Source: Octopus sinensis | Taxonomy: Eukaryota | Direction: 5' to 3' | Assembly: GCF_006345805.1 (NCBI RefSeq) | Contig: NC_043002.1 | Location: 106,020,001-106,084,000, forward strand | DNA length: 64,000 nucleotides | Part shown: in pieces, positions 24,054-37,315 of the stretch | Layout of the letters: every line of letters starts with the position of its first letter | How positions within the stretch are numbered: position 1 is the first letter of the stretch | Program-made: the position numbers and the translations under genes | The notes under the pieces: generated by a model | Seen by the model: the letters and a program-made list of their open reading frames with translations, nothing else | Databases searched by the model: none | What the model was told of the DNA's origin: nothing

Positions 24054-27000
24054 GTGTGAGTTTCCTATCTCAACCACGTAGTTTCAGGTTCAATCTCATT
24101 GTACAGTACTTGAACAAGTGTCTTCTACCATATTTTTAGGTTGACCAGAGGCTGTGTCCTTGCATAGCCATAGTCAAGTCACTAAAACCTGCAAAATACA
24201 CACACACGTACACATATAATGGTTATATATGTTTGTGTGGGAGTGCACATACACAAATGTATGTACATATTTACACTGACATAATCTGTACATATGCACA
24301 AAAGTATGTATGCATGCCATCATACACATGTACACCTCCACATACAGAATAGTACAAGTATGTTGTGTACAGTTTAGCAATACAAATATTGAACAGATGT
24401 TAGTACTACACTGTTGCATCCCCAGCTGCACACACATGCATGCAAACATAGCAAACACAAAGGCCAATGGCAACATCTTTAAATAACAGAAATAGCAGCT
24501 AACTCTCCCTCAACAACAAAAAAATAAATTGTTTATATAATGTCTGAAAAAAGTGTGGTCATGGTTGGATTGCATTTGATAGTTCTGCTGGAACAAAGTT
24601 CACCTAGGGCCAAACAAGTACAACAAGCATGTAAGATTATGCTATTTAGTATTGTATTGTTGCATCACCTGTTTGTAATCACTTGATCAGCAAGAGATAG
24701 CAACAAAATTGCTGACATCATTCTCTGATGCCTTAGAAAAGGAAGAGCACATTATCTTATGTGCCACTGGCACATAAAACACACCCAGCACGTTCTGTAA
24801 AGTGGTTTGCATTAGGAAGGACATCCAGCCATAGAAACCATGCCAAAACAGACAATTGTAGTCCGGACAGCTCTCTGGCTTGCCAGCTCCTGTCAAATGT
24901 TCAACCCTTGCCAGCATAGAAAATAGACTTTAAACAATGTTGATGATGTGCATGCTGAAAAAAAAAAAATGTGATGGCCATGGTTGAAATGTCTTTGAGC
25001 ATAGATATGCTCAATTAGTACACAACTTGGGCTAAATAACAACACAGACCTTTAATACTATATGTATATAGTACTATGCAGTACAACCATCACAGTACAT
25101 ATACACACAGACAATACTATGGATGCATAGTATTGTACTGTACTATCACCATCAGCTGATTCTCTCTTTCTCTGATACACATATTGTTATGGTTATTTGA
25201 GACAAATGAAGGAGCCTACAGAGTTATTCAATCTGCTGAAAATAGCAGTCAAATATTTCAAGTCACATATTTCTTAAGGAAAGATTCTTGGATAATGTGA
25301 TCCTAAGCTCTCTGCACACAGGAAAAAGATAGGAGGGTTACCGCTATAATGTCTTTGGTCTGCATGATTAAAATTACCCAGGCACTAAACAATGACTACT
25401 CTAGGTATTTAATGCGAGCTCCACATAGGCACTTCTGATTAATTCTTCCTCTTCTTTCCATACGATGTTACGCTCCCAATGCCAGGTCCTAAAACAGCTT
25501 TCTCCTGTCTATTGTTACTGGAACATCTCCCTCCCAGTCCATGTTTTTCATCAATCTTCGCAGTCTTCAAACTTTGATAGCCATAGCCACAACACCTAAT
25601 TCATATATTTATTATATTGCAGTAAATGAACAACTGTGTTGTTGGATACAGGTTTTCAATGAATCATTAGTTCACTGCATTGGATAATGGCAAGAGTGTT
25701 CAAGAGAGTACCTGTACCTTAGTCTAGAACAACCATAGCAAGAGACTTCATTTCATAGAACACCAGTTTTGCATTATCCTTCAAGAATAAACATAGGCAA
25801 AAATTACTTATCACACACATACATACACAAAAGTTTTCCATGCAGTTTTTGCCTACCAATTTCTCCCAGAAGGCATTGGTCATCCAAGGGCTATACAGTA
25901 GAAGTCATTTGCCTAAGAAGCCATCGTGCTGTGGTACCTTACACACACAGTTCTCAGCTTCCATTTACTGAATTCCCCTTACAAGATGTTTGTAAATCCT
26001 AATCTATAGAAGAAGCCACTTGTCCAAACTTCCAAGATATTGCACAATGGGATCAATGGGATTGAACCTGAAATATGACAAACTGTAAAGCAAACTACTT
26101 AACTGCTCAGCTATGTTGGCATCTAGGCAAACTATTTCATAAAAAACAAAAAAAATGTTTACTTGGTGCAAGATATCTGTGCATGTGTTATGAATTTAGT
26201 TTTGACTGTAGTTTTAATTTTGAGCACTGTTTATTAGTAAATATTCTAACCTTACAATCCCTTTCAAATAACTCCAAAATTCACACACACAGAAATAGAT
26301 ATGTAAGAGATAGACAAGGGATAATGTATTATTCAGGATTGAGTATGAGCATATGTACATTATACCCAGGTGTGTCTGTGTAGATGCTTCGTGTGTACCT
26401 GTTTGTATGTGTACCCAACAACATCCTTTTTCAATAAACAAATACCCTACTACTCTGTTAAGTCTGCCTTTCCTTCCCTTCCCACACCACTCCACTCTAA
26501 TAAATTTATTGTTCCAGCGCTTCCTGTAACCATAAGGTTTCTTTTGCTTTCCTATCCTATGCCTCTCTGCTATTTTGTTTTCCTGCTGTTCTTGTTCAGT
26601 AGACTGCCCCATCACTTCTACCTGAGTGAACGTATCTCTGATGTTGTATATAGGTTAATGGGATTTGATATATGTTACTGTCAGGTGATGTAGTGTTTTG
26701 TTGCTTGTCTGTTTGTCCTTGGTCAGCCAAAATTCCAGCCATGTGTGTTTATTTAGATATAGTATACCTAGGGGTATGTAATATGAAGAAGGCTGCCCCT
26801 TTTGGCTTGTAGTGCACTATGATTATGGCTTAAAAATTTTTTTTGCTGTTTAGCTCTAGGTCAATCATGATACAGTGGGTTTATGACCAAATTGTTTTTC
26901 CAGCCGAGACCATCTCTTCATTTATTTAGATAGTGAATCTTGGATCACCTTATACAATGTTTTCTTTTATAGTGTGGGTTAAGGGAGATTCAGCTGTTAT

Positions 27001-29495
27001 TTTTAGCATGTCAAGCAACCATGTACAACTTCCCTCAGACATTTAGTTTTGAATCTTAATGGTAACTCACATTTTTATTGCTGTTGAGACTGGCATGACC
27101 ATCACATGTATCAATGCCTTATATATTATGGGGACTCCTCAGCTTTATTCAGCATTTAATACTCTTAAGAGAGCCTGGCAAATCAAGCCATGGTGGCATC
27201 TTAATATTCCTTCGAAATTATTTCAATGATATTCCTGTTTGATGTTATCTCCCTTATTCTCTCTCCATTGTGTATCTTTAAACCAATGATTGACTTCTAC
27301 ATGGATGAAACAGCAGCAAAATCACTTTCAAATAATGTGTTTTAAGTATGGAAAAGGCACATTAGATGGTCATAGCTGGAATGCATTTGAGCATAAAGTT
27401 TGCTGAATCTAGCTAAATAGTAACAATAAAAGATACATTGAACCATATAGTCCTTGAAACATTATGACTAAACAACGAGATGGTCATAGCAAGGACTTTG
27501 ATAATAAGGCTCCTTAATGAGAGCTGGGATTATACAACAGCATGTGTTTCTGAATCATTGAGATATCATGTTCCACTCTTTCTACATTAGGTTGGAACAT
27601 AATATAATTTCTCTATACAATAGGGAAGTTAGAATTTAGTGATCATTCAGTTGATTGCATCTATGTGGGTAGTGTGTGTATACATACATGTATTTAACTT
27701 CTATATAGATGTTATTTTCATGCCAATTACAAAATTCATAACAATTTTTGGAAAAATTAACTATAAAAATGTTACAAACTTTCAAAGGACATTAAAAAAA
27801 AATTCAACCACAAATGGCTACTCCCTTTGTTTCTACCATGAGTATTTCAGTTAAGCTACCTACTTATTGGATTATAATGGAAGTGGCTTAGTATTCCACA
27901 TGTATATCCATTATGGAATCCACAGTAGAATCAGCAAGGCTGACTATCTGAATTACACATGCAGTCCATTTATCAGGTTTCCAAAAAGTTTCCACCTCAC
28001 TTTTATGCAGTTTTGGTCAATCCATGGTATGTTAGAAGTTACATGTGCATGAAGTCACATGGGGAACTCAAGGACTTCTTTAAAATACTTGATTATGCCA
28101 CAATAGACAATCATTGTTTCAATATCTACTTTTTTTTAATGCTTGCATGAGCCCCACAGAAATTATGATCTTGAATAGAGAAGGGCTCTCTCTGATAAGT
28201 TTAAACCCCACAAGACATATTCATGAATCTGTCTCCATGATTGCACCAGGAGTTAAAGAGCAAAACGAAAGAAGGATGAATAAATTATATAAACACAGCA
28301 TACACACTCATAGACACTGATATGTTGAGGGTGTTTACCCCTTAGATAATATTTCTTTAAAATTTAGATTTACTTATCTGTAATTGTAAACGTTACTTTT
28401 AACTACCATTGCCATAATGACTACCATCAGCCCACTCAATAACAACATAAACACCTACTTATTACTCTAACCTTGTAATCACCCACACCTGCTATTTCTC
28501 TCTCTTATTTCCTGTTTCTTCAGACACACACACACACACACATTTACCTGTCCTGTCAGCTACGACACCATGACCAGTGTCAATGTCCTAAGCAGTTCAG
28601 CTATTCTGTTATTGACAATCAGTTACCATCACCATCATCACTATTAACACAGTCAACGCAAATAGATCATCCATAACTACCATCTTGATCCACTCCTCAC
28701 TATTACAACTACCAGTAGTGGTTAGAATACTACTACTAGACACAAGGACAGCATCCCTACGTGGTCGTTTGACTTGCTATATATAGCAGCCATATCTGCA
28801 GCAAATCACTCTTTATACTTTTAAACAAGGATATATTGAACAATGCATTCCTTAGTATATAAAAAGAATGTGATTTAAAAAAAATTTTAATGGTTTCAGT
28901 CGTGGAACTGCGGTCATGTTAGAGCACCGCTATTCTGAGATTTCTTTGACCATATATTTGTTCATTCAAGGTTGACTTAGGGCATGCCAACGAAGTAATC
29001 TTGTTAGTAATAGCAAGTACGACTATCTCAAAGTGCACCGAACTCTTTCATGAAAAGAGTACATGGCATAATGTAGAGTGAATGAAAAAGGATGGATGGT
29101 CATAACTAGAATGCCTTTGACCATAGGCTTACTTGTTCAGGATTAACTTGCAGTTAAATATTCACAGCAATTACAATTACTACCATAAACAAGCACTACT
29201 ATTTTGTTCGTACGTATTACTACGACTACTACCACTATCATCACAACAACCAGAACTTGAAAACAAAAATATTTTCAAGGAGTGTTAATGGGGCTGTTTT
29301 CTAATCTCCCTAACCGACATGCTGACCACTGGTCGTCTCTTCTCCACCCCTAATACACCCCAGCCACTATTCATCTCTGCTACCGCCAAGACTGACCCCA
29401 CCCCAGCCCAAAGCTATTCTAACCACATCTATTCTACAAAAACAATTTATTCATCTTTCACCCCTCACTACAATACCATTCAGTCCAGTTTTTGA

Positions 29496-29500
29496 CCAAT
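29496..29500 (+). promoter_or_regulatory. CCAAT box in a putative internal promoter region upstream of the candidate alternative first exon
   Basis: GACCAATAG lies ~325 bp upstream of ATG 29824 in locally CpG-retaining, non-repetitive sequence. A single short motif is weak evidence. Confidence 0.2.
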
Positions 29501-29823
29501 AGAATTAAAGGTCCAGTTGGCTGATTAGGAATAATCTTACTTATATTTTTAGGTGTGGCCCCTTCCCTTTCCCCCATATATCACATGGTACAATCCCGTA
29601 GCCTTTTCATTCCGTCCAAATACTTCTACCTAGTTGCTTTATCCATCCAACTATTTTGTTCTTTTTTTTCCTCTTTTTCTCTCCATATATTTTGTAGAAA
29701 ACGCGAAGATTTATATACATATATTTTTTAAGTTGAAACTAAAATATCGAGAACTGAGAAGGCTTTCAAACATTCTGATATTATCGACAATTCGGTATCC
29801 TGTGATAAAAAAAAGTCAGGTTG

Positions 29824-30612
29824 ATGGAAACTATTAATAAGGAACCAAACCACCACACGAGTGCTGAAGCTACTTCTAGTGGAACCCAGACTTTCCCACA
29901 AGGTGTGGGCCACCCGGCTTTACCAACACTCAGACATAACACTCAAGAAGTAACAAGGGATAGAATGCCAGATTCTTTCCCATTCAGAGTCCGAGATGAG
30001 AAGAATAATTCGCAACCAATTGTTGTTGTTACACAGGTACAATCCCAGTTACCATTAAATACCATGCTAGGGTATCATGAACCAAGGCCAAGTGGTTACA
30101 CGTCTAACGTAATGCTACCTCCTCCGCCACCTCCACTTCCATCACAGTCACCCCAAACAACAACGACTCCATCAGCAAGTGCTGTTCCTCTTCCACTTCC
30201 CGTTAGCATGGATAGCAACGTTTTACCCATGAGAACTGACCCTACGAGACGAGTTAACTTCCATCAGAACCCTCTGTTCGTAACTCCTAATTGCGAAACT
30301 ACATATGGAGCCATCCCAGCACCAGTTTCACTCTACCCTCGGTTACCAATCTCGGACGATAACGCAGGGATGACTTTCGGATTTCCCCGACCCGTTCAGA
30401 TGATGCAACCGCCTCCTCTGATGTTGGGCAACGACTATGCTCTCCCAAGCCCTCTCATCGACAATAAGCCCTATCTCGTTCCTACTCCGATGCCGGAACT
30501 ACCCCACCAACTCCACCCTACTGCTAGTGGCGGCGCTATTCTATCCAGTCCTATACTGAGCTTACCCTCTAACCCCTCCTCTATTGCCACATCTCCATTA
30601 CATCAACATGCT
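29824..30612 (+). CDS. Candidate alternative first coding exon of the Musashi gene (263 codons, Pro/Ser/Thr-rich)
   Basis: Longest ORF in the window and not microsatellite-derived (METINKEPNHH...MLPPPPPPLPSQSP...SPLHQHA). An in-frame TAA lies upstream (29806-29808). The ORF ends at GCT|GTAAGT, a perfect donor in phase 0, matching the phase-0 acceptor of exon 41504. It has 29 CpGs in 789 bp. Confidence 0.65.
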
Positions 30613-30977
30613 GTAAGTTGAAAGTTTACCTGTCTTTCTAACAGATTATATTAATATTTGCTACTCATAATTTTTTTTAAAAATTTTTCTTTTCTTCATA
30701 ACCCTTTTGCATGGGTTGATCCCGTTGTATCCAGCTTCTTATTAATTAACCCACTTCTTGTTGATTTTATTTTAAGACTGAATGAATAATGAGGCCAATG
30801 CTAAATCTCAAATTTGGCATATGTCTGTATGTATGAAGCGTATGTGTTCGTCTCTATTTCGTTTGGAAAATTTTACCAGCATTTCTGTCGACCAGTTTTT
30901 TTTTCAACTATTTTTATTGTTCACGGCAAATCAACGCCAGACTTTCTTACACACACACACACACACTATATATATAT

Positions 30978-31015
<38 letters not shown>

Positions 31016-32680
31016 ATGTACTTGCGTTCGTTCTTGAAGTGTATTTAATTCAAACAGCCATGTGTGACAACATATATGCAATATATTTATACTCCACTGA
31101 CAAAAAATCGGGAAGCATGAAACAATAGAAGCAAGGAGAATCTCGGTTTAAACAAATATATCACATGTAATATTATCTTACACTCTCGCTTACAAACTTG
31201 TACATACATACACAAACACATAATATATAACGTGCACTCACACATGTGTATTCACATGGAATATATATGCCGTGTGTTTACTCGTGCGGATAATGTTATC
31301 AATACCCTCTAGTTAAGTCGTCAATTACAATTTTCCACTAATTAATAGTTTTTACCTCATTGATTATCACAACCTTACCATATATGGCAGTACTATTAAT
31401 TGCACCACCACCACTACTACTACTCCAACCACCATACATATCTGATTATATACACCAAGCTTCCCTCTCCAACAACAATCTATGGCTTATTTAAATTCTT
31501 TCTTCTCAGATCTAGTTCCAGTGTGTTTTATAGTTTTTAATCAATAAACAAATTTGGCATATTATTTTTATTGCTGTTATCATTGAAATCATTATTATTG
31601 ATGTTAGAAATCATTATTATGGTAATTATTATTGTCATTATTATCATTACTATTAATAGTAGTAGTATATTGATCATCAGCTGTTATACCCAGTGGAACA
31701 AAAATCAGATTAAAAAGAAATGCACACTTTAATGTGTGTTATTGATTTCTAAGTTAGATATAAGGCTGTAGATTTTAGGGAAAGGTAACAGTCACTTATA
31801 TAATAGTAAACTATTAGGTACATGACTTGTACATTTTTACTTCTCTCAAATGGCATTTTTTTTTTTTTTACAAAACTGTGCCTCTCACCACCTGATTTTA
31901 CTTCTCTATAAACTTTATAAAATACGTATTTTCCAGTGAAATTTCTTTGCAATACATTTTAGATAATGTAGATAACAATTATATGAAGGAAAAAAAATTG
32001 AAAACTTTTTTTAAATATCCCCACTCCGACTTTCCATCCTTCGTTAAATGCATATTTCTTATTGATTTTTCCGAGATACGTTTTTGGGGGTGTAGATTAT
32101 GATTATCCTGGTACTACTAGCGCAAGCTAGTCGTAAGTAGTCGATCCTACAACGACTTGCTCGTATGTTTGTATTTCAAGGCTGAATACATATCAAAGAA
32201 AATGAAATAATATTTTTTGAGCAAAGTAAATAATTTTTTAACCTAAGTAAATAAATTATTTTTAAAATTTGGGTGGGGGACATGGAATTTCGAATAGTTT
32301 CATCCCCAACTACCCGGAAAGGAAGAAACATTCATTGCTTGTGCTGTAACTTGAATCACTCACCACCTTTTTGTTTTTGCTCAGAGAAATTCACTGAAAT
32401 AAATTTTTGTGCAATGCTAAACAATTTCATTATTCAATACATATTACATAATTATGCTGGCAAAGTTTTCCGTAAAAAATACAGTGATTGAAGCCGGGAG
32501 GAATTATCCGAAGCGCCTCCAAAACAGAAACTTTATTTTTCGAACTTCGTCAAGGATGTACCTATATCTTTTTTTAAAAAATAACATGCATTTTACAGAA
32601 AGATGAGGAAATAGACCAACAGTGGATAGGCTTCAGTAATTATACCCTTCTCAAAATTACTAATACCCGACGCCACGGCT

Positions 32681-32827
32681 TCACGAAGGAATAATGTCGC
32701 CATTGAAGCTTAGACCTTCATCTCCAAATTTAAAGCGCAAGGCAGTATTAGGAAGATTCTTTTTAATCTCAACTGAAGTGTTACTGTCTGAAGAAACCGA
32801 AGAGACGGCACCAGTATCAATCAATTG
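32681..32827 (-). pseudogene. Possible retropepsin (retrotransposon aspartic protease) fragment
   Basis: 48-codon stop-to-stop frame QLIDTGAVSSV...LRFKFGDEGLSFNGDIIP, with a DTGA active-site-like motif and an FKFGD flap-like motif. Confidence 0.35.
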
Positions 32828-33014
32828 TTAGAATTATTAAGTAATTATGAAAACAAAATAACGGAAGCGGTTCATATAAGCTGAACTCCTCAGTTTTTTC
32901 CTCGTGCACCAAAAAGCAGACGACACATTTGCAGTAACAAAGAATACAACAAATACTTGTGTTTAATGTCTCAGCTAATCTTACTTATCAGTTAATTGCT
33001 AGAATTATTAAGTA

Positions 33015-33252
33015 ACTAGCAGTATAGCCCAGCATTGCTCGGGCTTGTTTTCTTTTCGACCCTTTAGAATTGGAATTTTTGAAAAGTAAAAATTTTGTAT
33101 TTATGTAGCTTGTTATTCTCTTTTCTGGTTGAAATACACCGAAAAATGGCGAAACAGCAGTCAAAAAATCGTAAAAAAATAGGGATTTTCATAGAAAAAA
33201 AAGCACCTTTTTGTTGTAAATAATTTTTGGTGTTAACATGGTCCGATTTGAA
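33015..33252 (-). mobile_element. Helitron-type 3' end fragment, reverse orientation
   Basis: Reverse complement ends ...GCCCGAGCAATGCTGGGCTATACTGCTAGT (subterminal hairpin plus CTAG). The inverted homologue is at 34249-34454. Confidence 0.7.
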
Positions 33253-33285
33253 TACTGTCTATTTATCCCTATCCGTTTATTCATA

Positions 33286-34454
33286 TCTATCTATATCTCT
33301 ATATCTGAAGCAGGGTAAAATTTGAAAAATTTAAAATTTGGGAGAAGGGGATGTTGAGGTGGGGGATTTTAAATTTGGAAAAGGTGTTTTTTAAAAAAAT
33401 TCCGAAAAATTCCACCGGGCGGGGGTGGATTTTAAAAAGTGATTTTTTTTTTTGCATATTCGTAATCTCCAACATCTAAAACGTAGAAATCATAAAAAAA
33501 TTCTTTAAAAAAAAAAAAAAATATGCATTTTTCAAGGAGAGGTGCGATTCTGCATTAGTCCCCAAAGTAGTCCTACATATCACCAAAAAAGACTGAATGG
33601 TGCCGGCTGTAATGCCTTTGATTATAAATCTGCGAATCTGTGCCGTCATGGGCGCCCCAGAACGAAATGTCACTGTGTGTGTGTGTGTGTGTATAAAACA
33701 TTTTATCGAATTCGAGAAAAAAATGTCACAAGAATATTTCAATAACTGGCTTAATGTTTTTTGGATGGAATTTTGGAAGAGCTGTTACCACAGAGGATGG
33801 GAGCAAAATGTAAAAATAAATTTTTTTCAGAATCGTAATTACCGCTATAAAAAATGGCGTGGGGAAGAGAAATCACTCAATTCCTTGGCTCCGTTTGCAT
33901 TCTCATTTAAAGATATTGAATAAAATGGTAGTTATTTTAATATATATATTGTTGTAAAGTTTTCAGTTAAGTGATGTAATATTATTCAATTAAATAATAT
34001 TACATTTCTTTATTTGTAGTAATTAAATGAAACAAGATAACGAAAACTGTGACCGTTTTCCATTCACTATTTTATTATTTATTCATGGTACGTCTCCTGT
34101 TAAAGAGCCATGACCTATTTATTATATCGATCATGTTTGGTAGCCTTCAACTAACAAACACTATCTCCTTCGAGACCCTGAGGCGCAAGTTGACCAAAAT
34201 TGAGAGTATGATAGAAGAAGGCTTGCTCTTCCTCTCGCAGAAGAAAAAATTCAAATCGGACCATGTTAACACCAAAAATTTTCTATGAAAATCCCTATTT
34301 TTTACGATTTTTTGACTGCTGTTTCGCCATTTTTCGGTGTATTTCAACCAGAAAAGAGAATAACAAGCTACATGATGCAAAATTTTTACTTTTCAAAAAT
34401 TCCAATTCTAAAGGGTTCGAAACAAACCCGAGCAACGCCGGGCGATACTGCTCG
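33286..34454 (+). mobile_element. Probable non-autonomous Helitron (~1.17 kb)
   Basis: Begins in TCTATCTATATC-like sequence and ends with the hairpin CCCGAGCAACGCCGGG followed by CGATACTGCTCG (CTAG variant). Its first ~850 bp recur inverted at 35191-35985. Confidence 0.55.
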
Positions 34455-35190
34455 TTATTAAGTAATTATGAAGAAAATAACAGAAACGGTTCATAGAAGC
34501 TGAGCCCCTCAGTTTTTCTTCGAGCCCCAAGAAGCAGACGACACGTTTGCAGTGACAAAGAATACAATAAATACTTGTGTTTAATGTCTCAGATAATCTT
34601 ACTTTTGAACAGAATATGCACATTCTCCAATTATTAAGAAATAATTAATTAAGAAACAAAAATTTCCATCGACTAACCTTATTTAAATTAATCTTCCTTG
34701 CTTTTAGTTTAGATTCAATCGATCCATTACTAACCTCAGCGAAGCTCGGATTAGGCACTGCACCCCACACACCTCATGGGAAATCTTTTACATTTAAAAA
34801 ATTCTTTTTATTTATTATCACTGATATTATTTTTTATAGTATTCCTGTTTCAGATAACGGAAATTACAATCGATTCTGAAAGCAAATTCTCTTTCAAAAT
34901 TTCAATTTTTTTTTTCTATTTACCCCCTTCCTTCCTCCTTTACTCCTGTAACTTTTTCATTTCCTATGAGGTATGAGGCATCTTCATCCAAAACACAGAC
35001 CATGGCTTCTTAATTTTATTTATTTATTGTTTTCGATCTCAGAAGTATGAAAGTTTAAGTGGACATCGGCGACACGAAGATTCATGCATTACAACTAAAT
35101 ACTACATGAAATTTTGTCCCTTCTCTTATCATTCATAATTTCATCAAATTGGTACGATTATATCCCCCAATACGTTTCTATCAGCCTCTT

Positions 35191-35990
35191 AAACATGATC
35201 GATATAATAAATAAGTCATGGCTTTTTAACAGGAGACGTACCATGAATAAATAATAAAATAGTGGATGGAAACGGTCACAGTTTTCGTTATCTTGTTTCA
35301 TTTAATTACTACAAATAAAGAAATGTAATATTATTTAATTGGATAATATTACATCACTTAACTGAAAATTTTACAACAATATATATTAAAATAACTACCA
35401 TTTTATTCAATATCTTTAAATGAGAATGCAAACGGAGCCAAGGAATTGAGTGATTTCTCTTCCCCACGCCATTTTTTATTTTTACATTTTGCTCCCATCC
35501 TCTTCCAAAATTCCATCCAAAACACTTAAAGCCAGTTATTGAAATATTCTTGTGACATTTTTTTTCTCGAATTCGATAAAATGTTTTATACACACACACA
35601 CAGTGACATTTCGTCCTGGGGCGCCCATGACGGCACAGACTCGCAGATTTATAATCAAAGGCATTACAGCCGGCACCATTCAGTCTTTTTTGGTGATATG
35701 TAGGACTAATTTGGGGACTAATACAGAATCGCACCTCTCCTTAAAAAATGCATATTTTTTTTTTTAAAGAAATTTTTTATGATTTCTATGTTTTAGATGT
35801 TGGAGATTACGAATATGCAAAAAAAAAATCACTTTTTGAAATCCGCCCCCGCCCGATTTAAGATTTTGGACTTTTTCGAAACTTTTTAAAAAAAACACCT
35901 TTTCCAAATTTAAAATCCCCCACCTCAACATCCCCTTCTCCCAAATTTTAAATTTTTCAAATTTCACCTTGCTTCAGATACAGTGATATA
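35191..35990 (-). mobile_element. Inverted copy of the 5' ~800 bp of the 33286-34454 element
   Basis: Colinear reverse-complement match, e.g. AAACATGATCGATA...GGAGACGTACCATG at 35191 versus CATGGTACGTCTCC...TCGATCATGTTT at ~34085-34138. Small indels; roughly 90% identical by eye. Confidence 0.85.
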
Positions 35991-35991
35991 T

Positions 35992-36374
35992 ATATTTATA
36001 TATAAAAGTCAAGTTGTGTGTCTGTCTCCTACGATTTAGATTCCTAACTACTCCCACATTTTGCGGTGCAGTTTAACCAAAACCGGGTATCTTATAGTCG
36101 TGATTCATATCGAGCCCTTCTGGGTATTAGCGTGAGTCTACGATTTAAAAAAAATTTACCATCATTTTTTCCATTTTAATGCATTTTTTCGCTATTATAT
36201 AAGGGAAGTAACTCTCTAAAAATGTCTACGATGAGTCAACGATTTAAAAAAAATTTACCATAATTTTTTTCCCATTTTTAATGCATTTTTGCTATTATTT
36301 GGCTATAACTCTCTAAAAATGCTTATATAGTTATTTCCCTTACAAACCCGAGCAACGCCGGGCGATACTGCTAG
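35992..36374 (+). mobile_element. Non-autonomous Helitron, family B (copy 1)
   Basis: 5' TATATATAAAAGTCAAGTTG, 3' hairpin CCCGAGCAACGCCGGG (36347-36362) then ...CTAG|T. Contains an internal duplicated CTACGA...TTTAAAAAAAATTTACC unit. Confidence 0.8.
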
Positions 36375-37315
36375 TATATATATATATAATAATATATATG
36401 AATAAACGGATAGGGATAAATATACAAATAAATAAATGGCTGATAAAGTTCAAAATGTAAAATTGGGGGAGTGGGTTGATATTTACTAAACTTTACGTAG
36501 GAATCGGAAAAATTTGTTTCCAAAAATGCATTTTTCAAGAAGTGCAATTCTGCATTAGCTCCTACATTGTCCAGACAAATGTAAAGAATGTGGACCGCCC
36601 CCTCCCTTTTTTTTTTTTTTTTTACAGAATCCCCCATTTTCGAATACGGAGATTCTGATTCTGCAAAAAAAAAACAAAAAAAACGGCATTTTAAAATTTT
36701 GATACCCCTACCCCAATTCTTCAATTTTCACTCTTTTTAAATTTAAATTTTACAAAATTTTTTTTTTTTTTCAGAAAAAAATTTGCTGAAAAAAGTGAAA
36801 ATTGGGGGAGGGGGAGTTTAAATTTTTAAATGACGATTTTTTTTTGCAGAATCCGAATCTCTGTACTAGAAAATGGTGGATTCTGTAAAAAAAAAAAAGC
36901 AAAACGTCTGCCCATGGTCCAATCAGTTAAACTTTTACTTAAAAAACCCTAATAGCGTGATTTGGTTGTTATTTCTAAAAGGTTGTTGAATTTCGATCAT
37001 CAAACTTTCTGAATGACACGCCAGAGAAAAAAAGGTAGGTCTGTCTGCTCCATCAAAGCTAACCTGGAAGAACATAATTTACAATAAACACGGTTCTTGA
37101 ACATGGCCTTGGCGGTGATGACGAAAGTAAACAAAAGAATTTATATAAAATAATAAAAAAAAAAAAAAAGCTACTAAGGTGATAATGTCAAATTTCCTAC
37201 AGATAATTAAACTTTTACTTGTGCCAACTTGTTGACGATGGCCATGCTGTGACATTGCCAATGGGAAGAAACATGTAATTGATAAATTCGGAAGTTTTTT
37301 TAGTAATTTTTTGCG

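Noticed and set aside
31378-31387. Perfect CArG box CCATATATGG downstream of the candidate first exon
   Set aside because: A single 10-mer is expected by chance in AT-rich DNA; there is no clustering or conservation evidence.
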